From positions 2,048,001 to 2,112,000 of the forward strand of contig OY771555.1 in NCBI GenBank assembly GCA_963674785.1: DNA of 64,000 nt, read 5' to 3'. Position 1 is the stretch's first letter. Each line of letters starts with the position of its first letter. The notes beneath the pieces are model-generated. The model was not told where the DNA came from and did not search any database. It was given only the letters and a program-made list of their open reading frames with translations. The position numbers and the translations under genes were made by a program. Shown here in pieces: positions 28,647 to 40,627 of the stretch. This DNA comes from Caldisericia bacterium (lineage in GTDB: Bacteria; Caldisericota; Caldisericia; JAAYUI01).

Positions 28647-29533
28647 ATCAACCTTTCAGGGTAAAGCAAACCTGTTGAGACAACGAGTTTTCCGAGTCCA
28701 AATAAAGACTTATTGTAAACCATCCGAACAGTCCCAGTCCTGGCTGGTTTCCCATGAACCTGTACTGGATTTCCATTCATCAATTTCTTTGTCTGTTTTT
28801 CGACAATTTCAATTTCAGGAATGTGTTCAATTAAGTCTAAACCCTTAGTTAAAAATCTTTTTCTCAGCTCAAGAGTCTCACACTTTTCAATATCTGAAAT
28901 TGAATAACATTCAGAGATATCAAAATTGTTATCCTTTGTTCTTTCAAGAGAGGTCATGATAGCCCCACTCCCAGCCTCACTCCCAATATCAGAAATCAAT
29001 GACCTTACATATGTCCCTTTTGAGCATCTCAATGTGAACTTTCCAACACCCTTTCCCTGATCGTATTCATTCAAAATCAAAGATTTTATTTCTATTTTTG
29101 ATGGTTTTCTTGGAAGCTCTTCTCCTTCAAGTGCATATTTATAGAGTCTTTTTCCATCAATCTTTTTTGCGGAAAACATTGGTGGAATCTGATCAATTAG
29201 ACCAGAAAACTTCGACATGATGGATTCAATATGCTCTTTCGCTATCGATCCATCATATCCATGTTCGGTAACCTCTCCCCATTTATCATAGGTTGTTGAA
29301 GTTGAACCCAATTCAAATGTTGCAACATACGTCTTATCAGAAACCGGAAGATATGGAATAAGTTTTGTTGAGGCACCAACCATAACAAGCAAAACACCAG
29401 TTGCATTTTCATCAAGAGTACCAACATAACCACCCTTTTTTTCGCCAAAAAGCTTTTTGACAGCATCGGATAACTTGAAACTTGTTATCCCCATTGGTTT
29501 ATTGATAGGGATGGCACCCATTATTCTTCCCAT
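28643..29533 (-). CDS. truB: tRNA pseudouridine(55) synthase
   Basis: INKPMGITS, GTLDENATGVL, QIPPMFSAKK..GKRLY, CSKGTYVRSL. Confidence 0.96.
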   Translation of the reverse strand: MGRIMGAIPINKPMGITSFKLSDAVKKLFGEKKGGYVGTLDENATGVLLVMVGASTKLIPYLPVSDKTYVATFELGSTSTTYDKWGEVTEHGYDGSIAKEHIESIMSKFSGLIDQIPPMFSAKKIDGKRLYKYALEGEELPRKPSKIEIKSLILNEYDQGKGVGKFTLRCSKGTYVRSLISDIGSEAGSGAIMTSLERTKDNNFDISECYSISDIEKCETLELRKRFLTKGLDLIEHIPEIEIVEKQTKKLMNGNPVQVHGKPARTGTVRMVYNKSLFGLGKLVVSTGLLYPERLI

Positions 29534-29536
29534 GAT

Positions 29537-30511
29537 TTATTTTTGAAGTTCCTTTGTAAGTTCGCCTATCAAGGTTTTTTCAATTTCTTCCCAGGTTCCT
29601 TCTAATGTCAGTCCAGCGGCGTTGATATGTCCGCCTCCGCCAAACTTTTTGGCAAACTCATTAAGAGCAATTTTTCCACGTCCACGCATGGAAATCCTAA
29701 ATTCACCTGGCTGATATTCCTTTCCAAGGATATAAACCTCCATACCTGCAAGTTTTCTCACTTCATCAATGATAAAATCCAAATCTGTTTTATTTGCACC
29801 CATCTTTACAATATCAACATTCTCAATTCGAGTGGAAACAAACATCCCATTTTCAGAAACCTTCATCCTTGATAGAGCAACCCCCAGAAGCTTTCTGTTT
29901 GCAATTGTTGCTCTCTCATAAACCATTTCAGATACATAAGAAATATCAACGCCTAACTCGACTAGCTCATAGGCAATCTCAAAGGTTTCCTTTGTTACAT
30001 TTGGATAATGGAATGAACCGGAATCGGTTAAAAGTCCTGTCATTACGGCATTTCCAGTAGAAACTGTGATTGGAAGTTTTGCAAGCTTTAGAATTTGATA
30101 TACAAGCTCTGATGCAGACGCTGTCTCTGGTTCAATGACAGCACTATAATTTGGATTAGCATTTATGCGATGATGGTCAATTACAATAACCTTTGCGTTA
30201 TCTGGAAAAGAATCCAACCCGCTTCGTTCAAAATGGGCAAAGTCGACAAAAATTGGTGTATAACCCTCACCGATATAACACCTCACCTCAGTCTCTTCGG
30301 TATTCATGATCTCATCAAAACCGGAAAGAAAATCAAATGACTTTGGGATTGGACGTGACCCAAAAACAAAGGCTTTTCTGCCTGATAGTTTCAAGCTTTC
30401 AGCCAATGAAAGTGCTGACCCAACGGTATCTCCATCAGGGTTTTTATGAGTAAGTATGATATACTTGTTGTTTTTTAATAGTTCTTCAGCTATCTGCTGC
30501 CTTGTCATCAT
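29537..30511 (-). CDS. nrnA: DHH/DHHA1 phosphoesterase (NrnA-like oligoribonuclease / pAp phosphatase)
   Basis: THKNPDGD, IDHH, TDSGSF, GGGGHINAAG; usual position between rbfA and truB. Confidence 0.88.
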   Translation of the reverse strand: MMTRQQIAEELLKNNKYIILTHKNPDGDTVGSALSLAESLKLSGRKAFVFGSRPIPKSFDFLSGFDEIMNTEETEVRCYIGEGYTPIFVDFAHFERSGLDSFPDNAKVIVIDHHRINANPNYSAVIEPETASASELVYQILKLAKLPITVSTGNAVMTGLLTDSGSFHYPNVTKETFEIAYELVELGVDISYVSEMVYERATIANRKLLGVALSRMKVSENGMFVSTRIENVDIVKMGANKTDLDFIIDEVRKLAGMEVYILGKEYQPGEFRISMRGRGKIALNEFAKKFGGGGHINAAGLTLEGTWEEIEKTLIGELTKELQK

Positions 30512-30854
30512 CTGATTCCTGTGATTGTTGAAGTAATCGCTCCAATTTTTCAGCCTTTGAAGGTGTTTCGTCGAACTTAAACCTTAAAAGAGGAAGAGAC
30601 CTTGTGTCAAGCTGCTTGTACAAGAACTTGGTTATTCTCTTCGAGCTTGCAGAAAGCACTTTGCTTGTTTTTTCTCTTTGAGAGGAAGATCCAAGGACAG
30701 AGTAAAAAACCGTGGCATACTTATCATCTTTGCTTATCTCAACATCAGTTATCGTTATAAACCCAAGTCGAGGATCATCAATGTGACGCCTAAATATTGT
30801 CGAGATTGCATTCTTTATAGCATTTTGAAGTCTTATCTTTCTAATACCGTTCAT
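30486..30854 (-). CDS. rbfA: Ribosome-binding factor A
   Basis: DPRLGFITITDVEISKD...ATVF, PLLRFKFD; operon context. Confidence 0.93.
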   Translation of the reverse strand: MNGIRKIRLQNAIKNAISTIFRRHIDDPRLGFITITDVEISKDDKYATVFYSVLGSSSQREKTSKVLSASSKRITKFLYKQLDTRSLPLLRFKFDETPSKAEKLERLLQQSQESDDDKAADS

Positions 30855-30860
30855 GATTTC

Positions 30861-31151
30861 TTATCTTTGAATTATCTCCTTGCTGCAAATCTGAGCTTCA
30901 AATATACCATTCTCGGTTATCACCTCTTCAATCTTTTCCAAGGTCTTTGTCAATTCAACAGAACTTGTGTTTATTGAAACCACAGAAACAACAGCAACAT
31001 CATGGGAGTCCTGCATATCCGATTCAACCGCAGCACAATTGAAATTATTTCTCAACTTCATAAGGATTGGTCTTATGATGCTTCTTTTTCCTTTTAATGA
31101 ATGAACGCCATGAAGCCTTATCGACACCTCAAGAAGTCCTATTGAAGGCAC
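30861..31151 (-). CDS. DUF503 (YlxP-like) protein
   Basis: HSLKGKRSII...LRNNFN.AAVE..MQD; between infB and rbfA. Confidence 0.9.
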   Translation of the reverse strand: MPSIGLLEVSIRLHGVHSLKGKRSIIRPILMKLRNNFNCAAVESDMQDSHDVAVVSVVSINTSSVELTKTLEKIEEVITENGIFEAQICSKEIIQR

Positions 31152-31154
31152 AAA

Positions 31155-34100
31155 CTACTCTACCTCTTTAACCTCATAGAACTCAAGAATGTCACCAGTT
31201 TTTAGGTCTTCAAAATCCTTAAGTCGGATACCACACTCATATCCAGACTTAACCTCAGTGACGTCCTCCTTGAAGTGTTTTAGTGTTTCAACAGTTGATT
31301 CATGATGCATTACACGATTTCTCATAAGTTTGACTTTAGCATCACTTCTTGCTCTTCCCTCATGAACAAGACAACCAGCGATATTTCCGACACCACCAAT
31401 GTTGAAGATTTCTCTGACTTCAGCTTTACCGATAAGGATATCCTGGAATTCTGGTTTAACCATTCCCTTAAGAACATCAGTAACAGCATCTGTGAGCTCG
31501 AAAATAATATTATAGGTCATCAGGTTGATGCCTTTTTGTTTTGCAATCTTTTTCGTGCTAGGCTCAGGCAAAACGTTGAATCCAATCAAAAGAGCCTTTG
31601 ATGCCTCAGCAAGCAGAACGTCATTATCTCCAATAACACCGATACCCGAGTAGACAATGTTTACAGGGACATCTTTGAGTTTGATTTTTGAAAGTGCATA
31701 TCTTACAGCATCAAGAGAACCCTGGGAGTCTGTTTTGATAACAACATTGAGTTTTGTTGCTTCTTCCTGTTCATACGCAGCAAAGAGTTCATCAAGACTT
31801 GACGGTGTATTAACATCTTTTGCCTCAGGTTTTATTTCAATTGTTGCTTTCTTTTCGGTTTTTCTTCTTCTTGACTTATCTGAAGCAAGCATTACCTGAC
31901 CAGGTTTTGGTACCGAATCAAAACCCATAACTCTGACAGGAGACACGCATTCAGCCTTTTTTATCCTCTTGTCATGGTCATCATAGAGCGCTTTAACCCT
32001 TCCCCATGATGAACCGGCTTCAATGTAGTCACCAACCTTAAGGACACCACTTTGAATTACAACAGTAGCAAGCGGCCCAACAAATTTATCCATGTGTGAC
32101 TCGATAACTGTACCCGCAAGTTTACCACTCTTATTCATTTTTAGTTCAAGAATATCAGTCTGAAGTGATACCATCTCAAGGAGTTCAGGGACACCTTCTC
32201 CAGTTTTAGCTGAAATTGGTACAACAATTGTTGATCCACCCCAATCCTCTGGAATCAATTCGATCTCAGAGAGTTCGCTTTTGAGTTTGTCTATGTTTGC
32301 ACCAGGAAGATCCATTTTGTTTGCCGCAACAACGATTGAAACCTTTGCAGCTTTAGCCATGTTTATGGCTTCCTTTGTTTGTTCCTTGATTCCTTCAGTT
32401 GCAGCGACAACCAAGATGACTACATCTGTGACATTTGCACCTTCTTGCCTCATTGCTGAGAAGGCTTCATGACCAGGTGTATCAATGAAGACAACGCTTC
32501 TGTCTCCAACTTTTACCTTGTATGCACCAATGCTCTGGGTAATACCACCTGCTTCACCCTCAGCGACTGACTCTTTCCTGATGAAGTCGAGAAGCGTTGT
32601 TTTTCCATGGTCTACGTGTCCCATAACGGTGACAATTGGAGAACGTGGAATAAGATTTTCCTCGGATAATTTTCCCTCTTCTGAGGTTTCAAGCCCAAAT
32701 TCCTTAGAAAGCACAGCCAAAACTTCTCCTTTTAACTCTTCATCTGGGTTTGGAATGATTCCATTTTTAATCATGAATGTCATGACTTTCTTTTCCGGAA
32801 CACCAGCAGTTTTTGCAAACACATCAATGGTAAGCTTGACCGGCTTCTTCTCTATGACCACCTGAGTTTCAGTTTTTGTAGTCTTCTTCTTTTTTGTCTT
32901 TTTCTTGATAATAAAGTGCTGTTTTCCAACTACATATGGTTCTGTCGAGATTCTTCCCTCTGTTGTGCCACCAATATCTCTATCACGTTTGAGTTTGTCT
33001 CTCTCCTTACCATAATCTTTCCTACGCTTACCGGTTGTTTGTGGAGGAGTGGCCGTTGGCGGAGGAGCAGATGGTGCGCCACCAGAGAAACGTTTTGCGG
33101 TCCCTTTACTTCTTGTAAATCCTGGTGGTGGTCTTAGAGGTTGCTTCATTTTTTCCAAACGTTCTTTTGGAATTGGTGGAAGCTTAACTGGACTAACTTT
33201 TTTAGGCTTTGAAACTTCAACCTTCACTGGCTCTGCAGTCTTTGGAAGTTTAGCGAGGACATCTGGATTTTCATGGATAACAGGTCTTCTTACTTCCTGT
33301 TTTTCGACAACCAATGGTTCAGTTACTTTTTGTTTTGTCTCTTCCTTGGTTGCATCCACAGCCTCAGGTTTCTTCTCAATCACGACCTTTTTAGGTTTTG
33401 CAACTTCCTTCTTTGGTTTTTCTTCTGCAACCTTAATCTTTTCAATTGCATCAGGTTTTATAGCATCAGCAACCTTTGTTGGTCGCTTTTTTGGTTTCGA
33501 TTTTTTGTCTTGCTCAGTCTTTTTTTCTGCCTTAACCTTAGATTCGGCCTCAATCTTTGCTTTTGCAGCTTCTTCGATTCTCTTTCTCTCTAAGGCCTCA
33601 GCCTCCGCTTTGGCTTTAGCTCTTTCCTCAGCTTCAGATGCTTCTTGTTCAGCTCTTTGTCTCTCTTCTTCCTCTTGGAGACGTTTTTTTTCTTCAGCTT
33701 CTGCCTTAAGTCTCTCTTCTTCTTCCTTCTTTAAGGCTTCAGCCTTTTCACGTTTTTTTCTGTCAAGTTCCTTTTGGAGCTCAGGAGGAAGAGGTCTCTT
33801 TTTGACAACCTTTTTCTTAAGCACAGGGGCAGGTTTTTTTCTTGGTAGAAGCGACTTTCTTGTCTGTTTTTTTGGTTCAGAATCAACCTCTACAGCCTTC
33901 AATGCTGCTTCAGCATCCTGTAACAAATCTTTCGTCACATCGTCATCGATATCTGGTTTAATATCGACAGGAAAAAGCTCTCTATCTGTTGATGTTTTTT
34001 TACTGGACTCAGACTTTTTAGTCTTCTTTGGTGCCTTAATAACCCCAACACTTGCCCTGATCTTAAAAGCAACACTGTCCTCAATTGAAGAGGTTGCATT

Positions 34101-34196
34101 TTTTGGTCTTGCTCCAAGTTCTTTTGCCTTGGAGATTATTGTTTCCTCATCAACTCCTAGTTGTTTAGCTAACTCATCTATTCTTATCCTTGACAT
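31155..34196 (-). CDS. infB: Translation initiation factor IF-2
   Basis: [35 protein letters not shown]; long K/E/A-rich N-terminal region. Confidence 0.98.
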   Translation of the reverse strand: MSRIRIDELAKQLGVDEETIISKAKELGARPKNATSSIEDSVAFKIRASVGVIKAPKKTKKSESSKKTSTDRELFPVDIKPDIDDDVTKDLLQDAEAALKAVEVDSEPKKQTRKSLLPRKKPAPVLKKKVVKKRPLPPELQKELDRKKREKAEALKKEEEERLKAEAEEKKRLQEEEERQRAEQEASEAEERAKAKAEAEALERKRIEEAAKAKIEAESKVKAEKKTEQDKKSKPKKRPTKVADAIKPDAIEKIKVAEEKPKKEVAKPKKVVIEKKPEAVDATKEETKQKVTEPLVVEKQEVRRPVIHENPDVLAKLPKTAEPVKVEVSKPKKVSPVKLPPIPKERLEKMKQPLRPPPGFTRSKGTAKRFSGGAPSAPPPTATPPQTTGKRRKDYGKERDKLKRDRDIGGTTEGRISTEPYVVGKQHFIIKKKTKKKKTTKTETQVVIEKKPVKLTIDVFAKTAGVPEKKVMTFMIKNGIIPNPDEELKGEVLAVLSKEFGLETSEEGKLSEENLIPRSPIVTVMGHVDHGKTTLLDFIRKESVAEGEAGGITQSIGAYKVKVGDRSVVFIDTPGHEAFSAMRQEGANVTDVVILVVAATEGIKEQTKEAINMAKAAKVSIVVAANKMDLPGANIDKLKSELSEIELIPEDWGGSTIVVPISAKTGEGVPELLEMVSLQTDILELKMNKSGKLAGTVIESHMDKFVGPLATVVIQSGVLKVGDYIEAGSSWGRVKALYDDHDKRIKKAECVSPVRVMGFDSVPKPGQVMLASDKSRRRKTEKKATIEIKPEAKDVNTPSSLDELFAAYEQEEATKLNVVIKTDSQGSLDAVRYALSKIKLKDVPVNIVYSGIGVIGDNDVLLAEASKALLIGFNVLPEPSTKKIAKQKGINLMTYNIIFELTDAVTDVLKGMVKPEFQDILIGKAEVREIFNIGGVGNIAGCLVHEGRARSDAKVKLMRNRVMHHESTVETLKHFKEDVTEVKSGYECGIRLKDFEDLKTGDILEFYEVKEVE

Positions 34197-34473
34197 TCAT
34201 CACCTTAACCAGAGATCTCAATCCAAAAAGAGACTCTGCCAAATTATTACTTAACCTCATAAGTTCGATCTTATCAATCTTTTTTATCTTCAAAGATCTG
34301 GCAATCGAAGTTTTCCCGGTTGCCAACTTCAAAACACATGATTCATTTCTGCAAACATAAAATCCCCTGCCAATGTCCTTCATCTGATAATCAGGTTCAA
34401 AATTCGCAGAAATCCTTACCATCTCAATTCTTTCCTTCTTCTTGTTACAACAAACACACGTCCTCTCAGGCAT
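34174..34473 (-). CDS. ylxR: YlxR (DUF448 / RnpM) RNA-binding protein
   Basis: PERTCVCC, GRGFYVC...C; between nusA and infB. Confidence 0.88.
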   Translation of the reverse strand: MPERTCVCCNKKKERIEMVRISANFEPDYQMKDIGRGFYVCRNESCVLKLATGKTSIARSLKIKKIDKIELMRLSNNLAESLFGLRSLVKVMNVKDKNR

Positions 34474-35504
34474 TAATCCTCAAGCTCTTGCATATCAATC
34501 TTGAAGCCAGTCAACCTGGACGCCAATCTAACATTGGAACCTTTTTTCCCTATTGCAAGAGAAAACTGGTCGTGTTCAACTAAAACAATCGCCCGTTTAT
34601 CCTCGGGGACTATTTGAACCGAATATACTGTAGCTGGAGAGAGAGAAGATGCAATGAAAAGTCTGGGGTCTTCAAACCACCTGACAACATCTATCCTTTC
34701 ACCCTTCAACTCATCAGATACAACATTGATTCGAACACCTTTTGTTCCAATACAAGAACCGACAGGATCAACTCTCTCCTGTAACGACCTCACGGCGACC
34801 TTTGCTCTTAAACCAGGTTCTCTGACAACAGCAAGAATTTCGATTACACCTTGCTCTATTTCAGGGATTCCCTGTTCCATAAGTCTCTGCAAAAGACCAG
34901 GATGGGTTCTTGAAAGAATAATCAAAGGCTCTCTTGAGGATTTATCTAGCTTTAAAACAAAGAGATGGAATTTATTCCCAGGATAATATCTCTCTCCGGG
35001 GATCTGTTCAGTTTTTGGCAGTAAACCTTCAGACGACCCAACAGTGAAATACACGCCCTTAGAGCCAACTCGACTAACCTCACCGAAAACAATTTGTTTG
35101 ATTTTTGCATCAAACTCACTGATGATCCTCTGTTTTTTGGCTTCCTTGAGCCTCTGCATGATTATCTGCTTACACGTTGAGGCTGCAAATCTTCCGAAAG
35201 ATTCAGGGGTGACTTCAATATCTACTTCCTGACCAACCTCTACGTCTGGATACAGCTTTTTTGCTTTCCTGTACGTGACTTCAGTATGTGGATATTGAAC
35301 CGTTCTGACAACTTTTTTTGTAGCAATTACCCTGATCTTCTTCTCTTTATCATCAACATCGATTCGAAGATTCTTTGAATCACTCCATGTTTTTTTGTAT
35401 GCAGCCAATAATCCTTGTTTGATGGCATCTATAAGGACATCATAATCTATTTTTTTCTCTCTCGAGATATCAGAAATTGCTGAAAAAAGGTCTTCGAGTT
35501 TCAT
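34473..35504 (-). CDS. nusA: Transcription termination factor NusA
   Basis: FGRFAA..KQ, LSRTHP, REPGLRAKVAV, DPVGSCIG..GVR, AIGKKGSNVRLA. Confidence 0.97.
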   Translation of the reverse strand: MKLEDLFSAISDISREKKIDYDVLIDAIKQGLLAAYKKTWSDSKNLRIDVDDKEKKIRVIATKKVVRTVQYPHTEVTYRKAKKLYPDVEVGQEVDIEVTPESFGRFAASTCKQIIMQRLKEAKKQRIISEFDAKIKQIVFGEVSRVGSKGVYFTVGSSEGLLPKTEQIPGERYYPGNKFHLFVLKLDKSSREPLIILSRTHPGLLQRLMEQGIPEIEQGVIEILAVVREPGLRAKVAVRSLQERVDPVGSCIGTKGVRINVVSDELKGERIDVVRWFEDPRLFIASSLSPATVYSVQIVPEDKRAIVLVEHDQFSLAIGKKGSNVRLASRLTGFKIDMQELED

Positions 35505-35511
35505 GCTCCCC

Positions 35512-36039
35512 CTAACCTGCCAACCTTACACTTTTTATGAGTTCAAAATCAATTTCAACCATTTTACCAGAGTCATCAACTTTTAGTTTATTATTCTCAA
35601 TCCCAAGGTTTTTACAGATGAGAACTTCTTTGCCATCGACAAGCTGAGAAAAAGAAATCTGAATATCCAAACCACCAAATATCTCAAATTCCTTCTCGCT
35701 TTTCAAAACTCTATCGATCCCAGGAGATGAAAGGTCAAGGCGTAGAATTTCTGAAATTTTTGTCTTTATGAGGACTTCATCCTGTTCAACTTCACGCATA
35801 AAATCTTTAGAGATTCTCACAAGATCAGCAATATCAACACCATTCTGATTCCAAACAACCGCTTTTACTAGAATGTCATTACGTTTTGCAACATCGCATA
35901 TTTCCACCAAAGAAAATGAATGTCTCTCGATAACTTTGGTAACTAGAGCATAGACATAATTCCTGTTATCTAACCAAAGTGGTCTTTCAACAAAAACCAT
36001 TTCCTTCTCTTGTTTTTTTCTTATCTTATCTTTTTTCAT
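35512..36039 (-). CDS. rimP: Ribosome maturation factor RimP
   Basis: LDLSSPGIDRVL motif; first gene of the nusA-infB operon. Start uncertain (36039 or 36000). Confidence 0.85.
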   Translation of the reverse strand: MKKDKIRKKQEKEMVFVERPLWLDNRNYVYALVTKVIERHSFSLVEICDVAKRNDILVKAVVWNQNGVDIADLVRISKDFMREVEQDEVLIKTKISEILRLDLSSPGIDRVLKSEKEFEIFGGLDIQISFSQLVDGKEVLICKNLGIENNKLKVDDSGKMVEIDFELIKSVRLAG

Positions 36040-36043
36040 AATC

Positions 36044-36105
36044 AAAAAACCTGCAAAAGACAACACTCTGTCTATACCTGTAATTATCATTGCAGGACTC
36101 GCAGG
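36044..36105 (-). promoter_or_regulatory. Terminator-like leader hairpin (possible attenuator) upstream of rimP
   Basis: Minus strand CCTGCAA...AGACA-GAGTGT-TGTCT...TTGCAGG-TTTTTT directly before ATG 36039. Confidence 0.5.
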
Positions 36106-36347
36106 AATTAATCATAGTAGCAAATGGTGAATAATCAAGTCACAATGCTAATTCTTTTTAATTTTAATGAAAAAACTATCTATCTTTTTTCTTAAGTGCT
36201 GAATATCAAAACATAAAGAACTGAATATGAGCGATGAGGTTTTCCACTTGAGAAAAAAACAATTCTGAATACAATACTAATCGATTGATTCTACTATCCG
36301 CATGATGAAAGATTTATCCATGCATTGCTTAGGAAGGGGAGTTCGAA

Positions 36348-39300
36348 ATGGCTGAGAGCGGCGAGCTGAAAATTGGCGATTTGAGTGTTTCAGATATTCT
36401 TGGCATGGGGGGAGCAGGTATTTCCTACAGAGCAAGCAATAAGGATGGTGATCAAGTCTTTTTAAAGGTTTTAAAATGGGAATATTTAAGAAAAAATGAC
36501 GAATTAGAGCAGGAATATGCACTCCACCGTCTATCCGAGTTATCACATCCAGGACTTGCAAAAATATTTGATATTGGATACACAACTGCTGGAAAATTGT
36601 GGTACACAAGAGAGCTTTTTGATGATGAGTCAAAAAACCTCGCATCTTTCAAGCCAACTATACTTGAAATGGACGAAATTGGTGCAGGTTTATTGATTTT
36701 ACAAATACTTGATGCACTTGATTTTCTCCACAGAAATGGATTTGTACACGGAAATCTAAAAGAGAGCAACATCAAACTTGTCAAAGGCAATACTGACACT
36801 AATTTCTTATGGAACAGCAGCAAAAAATCAAAATCTCCTTTTACTGTGAAGCTTACTGATTTTTGTTTACTTGAACCATTCAATGAATCTAATTCTGATA
36901 TCCTGTTACCAACTTTCAAAACGAGAGCGATGATCTTCGGTCATTGGGTAAAATTCTTTACAAAACATACATAGACGATGATTCAAATGGTGACTACTCT
37001 GTCATCAAAATCAGAGATAAGGTTCCTGAACCACTTCAAGTCCTCATTTCAAGACTCCTTGGGATTTCAAGAGAATCTGCCTTTAATTCTTGCGCCGAAG
37101 CGATCTCAGCCATTAGCCACATTTCGCCACAAAGAGCAACTGAACTCAGTGAAGACAAGCTTCAAAAAAACATAAGATTATCTAAAGATATTGAAAGACA
37201 AAACTATCTTCTTGATATACTATCCGACACAGAACAGAGTAACGGCAAGTTCATCATCCTTGAGGGAGAAGACGGGTCTGGAAAAACAGTTTTGGTCAGA
37301 GAATTTGTTAAAACCGCCATGTCTGCAAAAAAACAGGTCTCTATCTTTACGTGTTCAAACCATCACAGACCAGCAGAAGGATTGGTTAGGTTGCTGGATG
37401 ATTTCCTTCACATATTAAGAGATAAAAACCCCGCAATTGTCAACCACTACGAGCAGGTATTTGCAAGAGTCAAAGGAGAAAGGATCCCCGAATCTGGGCT
37501 TCTTCTCGATAACCAGACAGAGCTTTTTGAAGGATTAATTAAGCTCCTCAAAGAGCTTTCTGAACTCAATCCCTTCTGCCTAATAATGGAGGATATCGAA
37601 CTCGCATCAGACTATCTTTTGAACTTCATCTCAATGTTACTCGCTGACCTCAATGATTCAAAAATCCTTTTGGTGGCAACAATAGCCCCATCAAGAATAA
37701 GAAGTCCTCAACAAAGTCTTTTCGATTCTATATGTTCATACGACTCTGTAAACAGGGTACAAATCCAACAACTAGACTACAAAAACACTATTGAACATAT
37801 GAGAAATCTCTTAACGGCTCCCGAGCTTCCAGAAGACATCTGTGCAAGATTTTATGAGTCAACTGGCGGAAATATCCTCAAACTAGACGAACTTGTAAAG
37901 ACCGCTATCGCAAAAGGTGTTCTAGTAATAGGAAATGATTCATATCATTTTGACATAAGAAAATTTTCTGATATCTCAGAAGACATCGAGATCAACCAAA
38001 TTGTTGGAAGGTTAATCTCGGGACTCCACTCAAGCGAACGGGCACTTTGTCAGTTCATATCAATGTTTGGTGGGAAAGCTCAATTGGATGCAATCGAGAC
38101 TTTCGCCAAAAAATCTGATTTGATGAGCTTCAGTAGTCGAAGAGATCTGGCAAACATTGTATGGAATCTCATTGCAAAAGGTGTACTAAGAAGAAGGTTC
38201 GAAGCTGGGGGATATCATCTATTTATCTCTCATAAACTCTTTGCTGATGGGATAATCTCATCTATTCCTATCGAGGAAAGGAAAAGGATTTACGATAATA
38301 TCGTAACTGCTCTCGCAGGTAGCGAGGGTGAGATGTATTTCCCAGAAAGAGATATCAGGATTTCACTTCTTGCACTCAAGGGGAGTAGCCCTGAAAACGC
38401 CATGAGATGGGCAGTTCGAGCTCAAGCAATGTGTGAAAGACAATACGCCCTAGACGAAAAGGTATTCTTCCTTACAAAACTAATACAAATGATCCCCGAG
38501 GAAGAAATCGAATACGCAAACAGTTGCCAGATAAAACTCGCGTTCACACATTTTAGAAGAAAAGAATTTGGGCTTGCCGGGAAAAAAATTGCGAGAGTAA
38601 AAGCAGAAAACCCAATCGATGATGCAATAGTATCGATAGTTGCGAGCAAAACTGAGGGGTTTGATTCATGGATGTATCTCGAAAAAGCGATAAAAAGTAT
38701 TAATCAACTCCAAGATGTTCAGTTAAGAAAAATGCTTATAAACACATACCTTGGAAAACTACAGATAATTGATCCTCGAAAGGCATCTGAGTTTGCAAAG
38801 AATTTCGCTCTTTCAAGTGATAGTTCGTTTGATAAGATCGCCTGCTTTCTTACACTCAGTAGGATATCTGCAGCAATCGCAGATTTTGAAATTGCAGTTG
38901 AGTATGCTGACAAAGCTCTCTCACAAACGAGCGGACTTGAATTTACCTCAGAAAGGATTTTTGTTTCAATCTGGAAGATAAAACTCGCACAAATGATGGG
39001 TGATCAGACAACTGCATCGAGGCTCATCAGAAGAATGAGTGGTTTACTTTCCGGAAATTGGAATCTCAATCTTAAATCTGAATATTATAGGATTGCTTCA
39101 AGGTTTTACATGGACGCAGATGATTCAGTTACAGCAATAAAATATCTTTCTGAATTGGTCTCGGTTGAATCGAAACTTCAAGAGAAAAAGCCCCTAGCAA
39201 GAGCCCTTCTTGAATACGGAATCGCACTTGAGCATCGCGGAAATGACGAAAAATCAAAGAAAATCCTCGAGAGAGCGAGAAGAATTGCTGAAGATGTTGA

Positions 39301-40606
39301 GGATAATTATACCCTGGCAAAATCTTTGATCATGATGGGTAACCACTACCTAGAATCAGAATTATTTGACCAGGCATTAGTCTCGCTTGAGAGAGCTAAT
39401 CGACTGCTAGGAAGTATCGATGATATTGAGGCAAGCGCACAAGTGGCAGAGAGCCTAGGAAAGATTTCCATAACAAAAGATAAGATTGACAAAGCCAAAG
39501 AGTACGCAACTGCACTTTCATCCCTAGCTGATACATCCGGTAACGAGATTCTTCATGCTAAATCCATGATTTTAAATGGGATGATTGCGGCAAAAATTGA
39601 GAAATGGGATAAGGCCGAAGACAACTACACATCCGCCCTCAGAATCTTTGAAAAAAAGAAATTGAAACGTTTAGCAAACACAATCAAAATAGACCTTGCC
39701 CAGCTTTTCATCAACCAAGAAGATTACTTCAGGGCGTTATCGAAGCTATCTGAAGCCGGAATGTTTTTTGGTGATGACGGTGGGGTAAAAGAGCTAAAAC
39801 GAATACAGAAGGCCGAACTCACAATCGACAGAGAGCTTGGAAAATATGGCGAAGACTACAGGAATCTTCGAATGCTACTCGAGATTTCAAGAGCTCTTGT
39901 TGAGGTTGAAAACCTAGACGAGCTCCTTCCAATGATTGTTGATATGGCACTCAGAGTCACTGGTGCTGAACGTGGATACATAATGCTTTTGACCAAATCA
40001 GGTAGTTTGGATTTCAGATATGGAAGAAATAAAAATAAGGAGAATTTGAATCCTGATGAGTTCGCATTCTCCTCATCGGTTACTGATTCTGTTCTTTCTC
40101 AAAAAAGATTGATTTCAATAACTGATACAGAGTCTGATGAAAAGTTTAAGGCAAGAGATTCAATTGTTGGACTGAGTTTAAGATCGATAATGGCTGCACC
40201 ACTTAAGTCGGGCGAAAATGTTATCGGTTTGATTTATGTTGATAGCCAGGTTCCAACATTCTATTTCTCAAAAAAGAATGGTGAATTTTTCGAAGCCCTT
40301 TGCTCACACGCATCAACTGCAATAACGTATGCAGAGTTAAAATCAAAGAATGGTCAATTTGACTCATTATTGGAAGAGAACAAAGCATTAAAAGATTTGA
40401 AAAAAATTCAAAAAGCATATATAAAAAGAAATATGGACATATTGCAAGACTCTGTTATAAGTCTCGATAAGAAGATAAACAGTTTAAGTTCAAGCATCGA
40501 AGGCAATGGGGAACTAAAAAAACGTTTCGATAGTATTACAAGTGATATTCACGAACTCGTAAATATAATTGACCAATTCGAAAAAGAAGTCCAAAATTAT
40601 AGCTAG
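36348..40606 (+). CDS. Pseudokinase - AAA/STAND NTPase - TPR - GAF protein, split by a 1-nt frameshift near 36900 (ORFs 36348..36974 and 36944..40606)
   Basis: LGMGGAG, VFLK, HGNLKESNI, TDFC in the first frame. SDDLRSLGKILY (kinase subdomain IX) lies in the second frame upstream of TTG 36944. Walker A GEDGSGKT, Walker B LIMED, TGGN, TPR-like helices, GAF (TGAERGYIML...RSIMAAPL..GENVIGLIYVDS). Confidence 0.85.
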
Positions 40607-40627
40607 AACAATTGGAAGGTCTACAAG

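Noticed and set aside
33049-34254. 401-aa plus-strand ORF rich in S/F/L/A
   Set aside because: Antisense shadow of the low-complexity K/E/A-rich N-terminus of IF-2.
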